Below are positions 57,525-60,622 of a DNA stretch of 60,622 bases, one piece after another. Made by a program: the position numbers and the translations under genes. Below the pieces are notes generated by a model that was given only the letters and a program-made list of their open reading frames with translations, did not search any database and was not told where the DNA came from. Location: IMG/VR virus record IMGVR_UViG_3300000116_000009. One strand, written 5' to 3'. The stretch is from an uncultured virus (IMG/VR IMGVR_UViG_3300000116_000009). Its lineage: Duplodnaviria; Heunggongvirae; Uroviricota; Caudoviricetes. Within the stretch, counting starts at the first letter, position 1. Every line of letters starts with the position of its first letter.

Positions 57525-57555
57525 TTGGTTACCACCCCTTTTTTTATTATATTAC
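57525..57555 (+). promoter_or_regulatory. Bipartite early/middle promoter
   Basis: TTGG-N17-ATTATATTAC. Confidence 0.55.
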
Positions 57556-57586
57556 CAACAGTTACATTTAAAACAATAAAACAGTT

Positions 57587-58372
57587 ATGGACTTAAATTT
57601 ATTATCAGGCAAGTTAGAAAAACTTCAAGCCCCACAAGGGCAACAATCCCAACAAAAGTTTGACAGAAGTCAATATTTTTGGAAAGCACCACAAGGTAAA
57701 TCACAAATTCGATTTGTACCTTATGCTGAAAACAAAGATAACCCGTTTCAGGAAGTATTTTTTCATTATGGAATAGGTAATCGAACAATGATCTCCCCAA
57801 TTAATTTTGGTGATAAGGATCCAATTGTAGAATTTTCAAAAGAATTACGTAAAACATCTGAACCCGAAAATTGGAGGCTAGCTAAAAAGTTAGAACCTAA
57901 AATGAGAGTATTTGCTCCTATTATTGTTCGTGGTGAAGAAAATAGAGGCGTACGTTTTTGGGAATTTGGAAAGCAAGTATACCAAGAACTATTGAGTTAT
58001 GCTGCAGATGAAGATTACGGTGATTTTACTGATGTAATGTCTGGTTTAGATATGACAGTAGAAGTAGTTCAAGGTAATCCTTATCCACAAACTTCGTTAC
58101 GTGTAAAACCAAAACAAACACCATTATCAGATGATAATACTTCAGTTGAAACATGGTTAAAAGAGCAACCAGAATTATTCAAATATTATAAGAAATACAC
58201 TTATGATGAAATGAAAACAGCCCTCCAAGATTGGTTAAATCCAGAAGATGGGGCAGATGATACAAAAGTTGCTGTTAACGCACCACCTAAAAAAGACGAA
58301 GGTTACACCTTAAACGTTAAAGAAAAAAAGGGATTTAGCGAAAGCGAATTCGACGATTTATTTAAAGATTAA
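57587..58372 (+). CDS. Single-stranded DNA-binding protein (gp32-like)
   Basis: FWK..G...IRF.P, DPI.E, V.FWEFGK.VY, D.TD..G.D, acidic FDDLF tail. Confidence 0.85.
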   Translation: MDLNLLSGKLEKLQAPQGQQSQQKFDRSQYFWKAPQGKSQIRFVPYAENKDNPFQEVFFHYGIGNRTMISPINFGDKDPIVEFSKELRKTSEPENWRLAKKLEPKMRVFAPIIVRGEENRGVRFWEFGKQVYQELLSYAADEDYGDFTDVMSGLDMTVEVVQGNPYPQTSLRVKPKQTPLSDDNTSVETWLKEQPELFKYYKKYTYDEMKTALQDWLNPEDGADDTKVAVNAPPKKDEGYTLNVKEKKGFSESEFDDLFKD

Positions 58373-58377
58373 TTTAT

Positions 58378-59454
58378 ATGGGTAAGAAAAAAGCAAGCCT
58401 TGGAGGTGATATCTCTAAGTCTGTTAAGGGGACATTCTCCCTTAATAATTTTAAAGCAGCTAAAGGGTTAGGATCAACAAATAATACCTTTAAGGAACAA
58501 GAATGGATACCATTATCACCAGCATGGCAAGATATGGTTTCATTACCTGGAATTCCTCACGGTCATATTACTCTGCTACGTGGTCATTCTGATACAGGAA
58601 AAACTACTGCTTTGTTAGAGGTAGCAGTTAATGCCCAAAAAATGGGTATTTTACCTGTTTTTATTGTTACCGAGATGAAATGGTCTTGGGAACATGCTCA
58701 AATGATGGGGCTAGAGGTAAATGTAGAAAAAGATAGTGATGGTAAAGTTTCTGGAATAGATGGTAATTTTATCTTTGCAGATAGAGGCCAATTACCAACT
58801 GTAGAAGCTGTTGCAGGATTCATGGCAGATCTAATGAATGAACAGAAAAAAGGTAATTTACCGATGGATATGGTGTTTCTATGGGATTCAATTGGATCTG
58901 TGCCGTGTCAAATGTCTGTAGAGAAGGCAAAAAACAATAATGAATGGAATGCAGGTGCAATGTCTACTCAATTTGGTAATTTTATTAATCAAGAAATACT
59001 ATTATCAAGAAAAGAATCATATCCTTACACAAATTCCTTTGTTGCTGTTAATAAAATATGGGTTGAAAAACCAATAGGACCTATGTCACCTCCTATTATG
59101 AAAAATAAAGGTGGGAATACAATGTTCTTTGATTCTACTTTAATTGTTACCTTTGGAAACATTTCCAATTCAGGTTCATTAAAAATAAATGCAGTTAAAG
59201 ATGGTAAGAAAGTAGAGTGGGCTAAAAAAGTTAAAGTTGCTATTGAAAAAAACCACATTAATGGTATTACAACAACTGGTAAGATTTTAGCTACTCCTCA
59301 TGGTTTTATTTCTGAAAAGAAAAGTGATATAGAAAAATATAAAAAAGCTCATCAACATGAGTGGGGTAAAATTTTAGGAGATGGTCCATTTGAAGTAGTT
59401 GTTGAAGGATCTGAAGCAGAAGATTTTCATAATCCTACTCCTACAGATGAATAA
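58378..59454 (+). CDS. RecA/UvsX-like recombinase
   Basis: GIP.G.IT.L.GHSDTGKTT, WDSIG, GG..MFF, KNH. Confidence 0.85.
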   Translation: MGKKKASLGGDISKSVKGTFSLNNFKAAKGLGSTNNTFKEQEWIPLSPAWQDMVSLPGIPHGHITLLRGHSDTGKTTALLEVAVNAQKMGILPVFIVTEMKWSWEHAQMMGLEVNVEKDSDGKVSGIDGNFIFADRGQLPTVEAVAGFMADLMNEQKKGNLPMDMVFLWDSIGSVPCQMSVEKAKNNNEWNAGAMSTQFGNFINQEILLSRKESYPYTNSFVAVNKIWVEKPIGPMSPPIMKNKGGNTMFFDSTLIVTFGNISNSGSLKINAVKDGKKVEWAKKVKVAIEKNHINGITTTGKILATPHGFISEKKSDIEKYKKAHQHEWGKILGDGPFEVVVEGSEAEDFHNPTPTDE

Positions 59455-60478
59455 ATCACATCAAGCGATACTCGATAACTTGCACGAGGGATCCGATTTA
59501 GAGCCCCTACATTTAAATAGTAGGGTGCTCTTAATTGATTCTATGAATACTTTTTTAAGGTCATTTGCTGTTATCCCAGCAATTAATCCTCAAGGTAATC
59601 ATATTGGTGGTTTAGTGGGGTTTATGAAATCTTTAGGCTATGCTATAAAATTAATCAAACCTACTAGGGTAGTTTTAGTATTTGATGGCCAGGGTAATAT
59701 TACTAATAGAAGAAACACTTATTCAGAGTATAAAGCTAATAGACAAATAAAAAGAATAACAAATTTTAATGTTTTTTCATCTTTAGAAGAAGAATCAGAT
59801 TCTGTTTCAACTCAAATGATGAGATTATTAGATTATTTAAAAACACTACCAGTAAATATTTCTATTATAGATAAAATAGAAGCTGATGATACTATAGCAT
59901 ATCTATCTCAAAAATTAAAAGATGATGTTATTATTTATTCTGCAGATCAAGATTTTTTACAATTAGTAAATAAAAGAATTACAGTATATTCTCCAATTAA
60001 AAAGAAATTTTATAGACCTCAAGACATTTATGATCAATATGGTTTATATCCTAAGAATTTTATTACGATGAAATGTTTAATGGGAGATAAGTCTGATAAT
60101 TTACCTGGTGTTAAAGGTTTAGGTCCTAAAAAATTATTCAAATTATTTCCCGAATTAGGAGGTAAAGAAAAATTTACTTTAAAGGAAGCTTATGATAAGT
60201 CTACTGAGAAAGTTGAAGAACATGGACTTTATGGTAATATTCATTTATTTAAAAGTCAATTGGAAATTAATTATGAATTAATGTCATTAGAAGACATTGT
60301 ATTATTAAATAAAGACCAACAGGAATTAGATACCTTAATAGAAACCTCTCCTTATAATTTTAACAAAGCTAAATTTTTAGGGATGTATGAAAAGGATCTA
60401 TTAGGAAGAGGAATACCTAATACAGAATTTTGGTTATCAGAAGTATTTTCGTATCTTCACAAATATAAGATTAAATAA
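59447..60478 (+). CDS. 5'-3' exonuclease / RNase H (flap endonuclease family)
   Basis: LIDSMN, VFDG, YKANR, EADD, SADQDFLQL, GDKSDNLPGVKGLGPK; ATG 59447 preferred. Confidence 0.92.
   Translation: MNKSHQAILDNLHEGSDLEPLHLNSRVLLIDSMNTFLRSFAVIPAINPQGNHIGGLVGFMKSLGYAIKLIKPTRVVLVFDGQGNITNRRNTYSEYKANRQIKRITNFNVFSSLEEESDSVSTQMMRLLDYLKTLPVNISIIDKIEADDTIAYLSQKLKDDVIIYSADQDFLQLVNKRITVYSPIKKKFYRPQDIYDQYGLYPKNFITMKCLMGDKSDNLPGVKGLGPKKLFKLFPELGGKEKFTLKEAYDKSTEKVEEHGLYGNIHLFKSQLEINYELMSLEDIVLLNKDQQELDTLIETSPYNFNKAKFLGMYEKDLLGRGIPNTEFWLSEVFSYLHKYKIK
60429..60459 (+). promoter_or_regulatory. Bipartite promoter inside the exonuclease 3' end
   Basis: TTTGG-N16-CGTATCTT. Confidence 0.4.
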
Positions 60479-60481
60479 GTT

Positions 60482-60622
60482 ATGACGTTAAAGAGTTTAT
60501 CACAATACGGCCCCCATTTTCAAGTTAAGGTGTTAAATTCTTTACTTAAAAATAAAAAGTTTACATTAAATATAAGGGACGTAATTTTACCTTCGTTTTT
60601 TGAAAATCAAGCTCACCAATGG
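60482..60622 (+). CDS. Probable replicative helicase N-terminus (partial)
   Basis: MTLKSLSQYGPHFQVKVLNSLL...F...I.D.I.P.FF.N.AH.W pattern of DnaB/gp41-type N-domains; replication context. Confidence 0.6.
   Translation, partial: MTLKSLSQYGPHFQVKVLNSLLKNKKFTLNIRDVILPSFFENQAHQW

Noticed and set aside
1369..59258. All minus-strand ORFs in the track (e.g. 4779-5378, 24776-25219, 33007-33552)
   Set aside because: Antisense shadows of strong + strand genes with no recognisable motifs; the Pro/Val- or Ser-rich ones simply mirror the GTS or acidic repeats
1..60622. Alternative genetic code (TAG/TGA recoding) and tRNA genes
   Set aside because: Core genes are intact in code 11, TAG and TGA end genes at sensible boundaries, and no tRNA cloverleaf was seen in the short intergenic gaps

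Overview
AT-rich segment of a large T4-like (gp23/gp20/gp21/gp18/gp19-type) contractile-tailed phage. All credible genes lie on the + strand and use the standard genetic code. Gene order: primase/nuclease and nucleotide-enzyme genes; a block of probable head-packaged proteins; an auxiliary metabolic cluster; a putative spanin pair; terminase, portal, protease, scaffold and major capsid; PhoH and neck proteins; a fibre cluster with (Gly-Thr-Ser)n collagen-like tracts surrounding a GT4 + TibC/AAH-like glycosyltransferase; sheath, tube, chaperone, tape measure and baseplate; then a replication module (divergent family-A polymerase, gp32-like SSB, RecA/UvsX, 5'-3' exonuclease, truncated helicase). 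Promoter shape and the apparent lack of Shine-Dalgarno sites suggest a Bacteroidota host (inference). The main candidates for new biology are: (1) a virion O-glycosylation system, with a protein heptosyltransferase-like enzyme and an (S/T)-(G/A/S)-S motif that saturates exposed virion proteins; (2) a large set of capsid-targeted polyproteins punctuated by hydrophobic-x-Glu prohead-protease-like sites; (3) two structured intergenic RNAs; (4) a +1/-2 tail-chaperone frameshift; and (5) two distinct promoter classes. All assignments come from motifs recognised by eye; no database searches were run.
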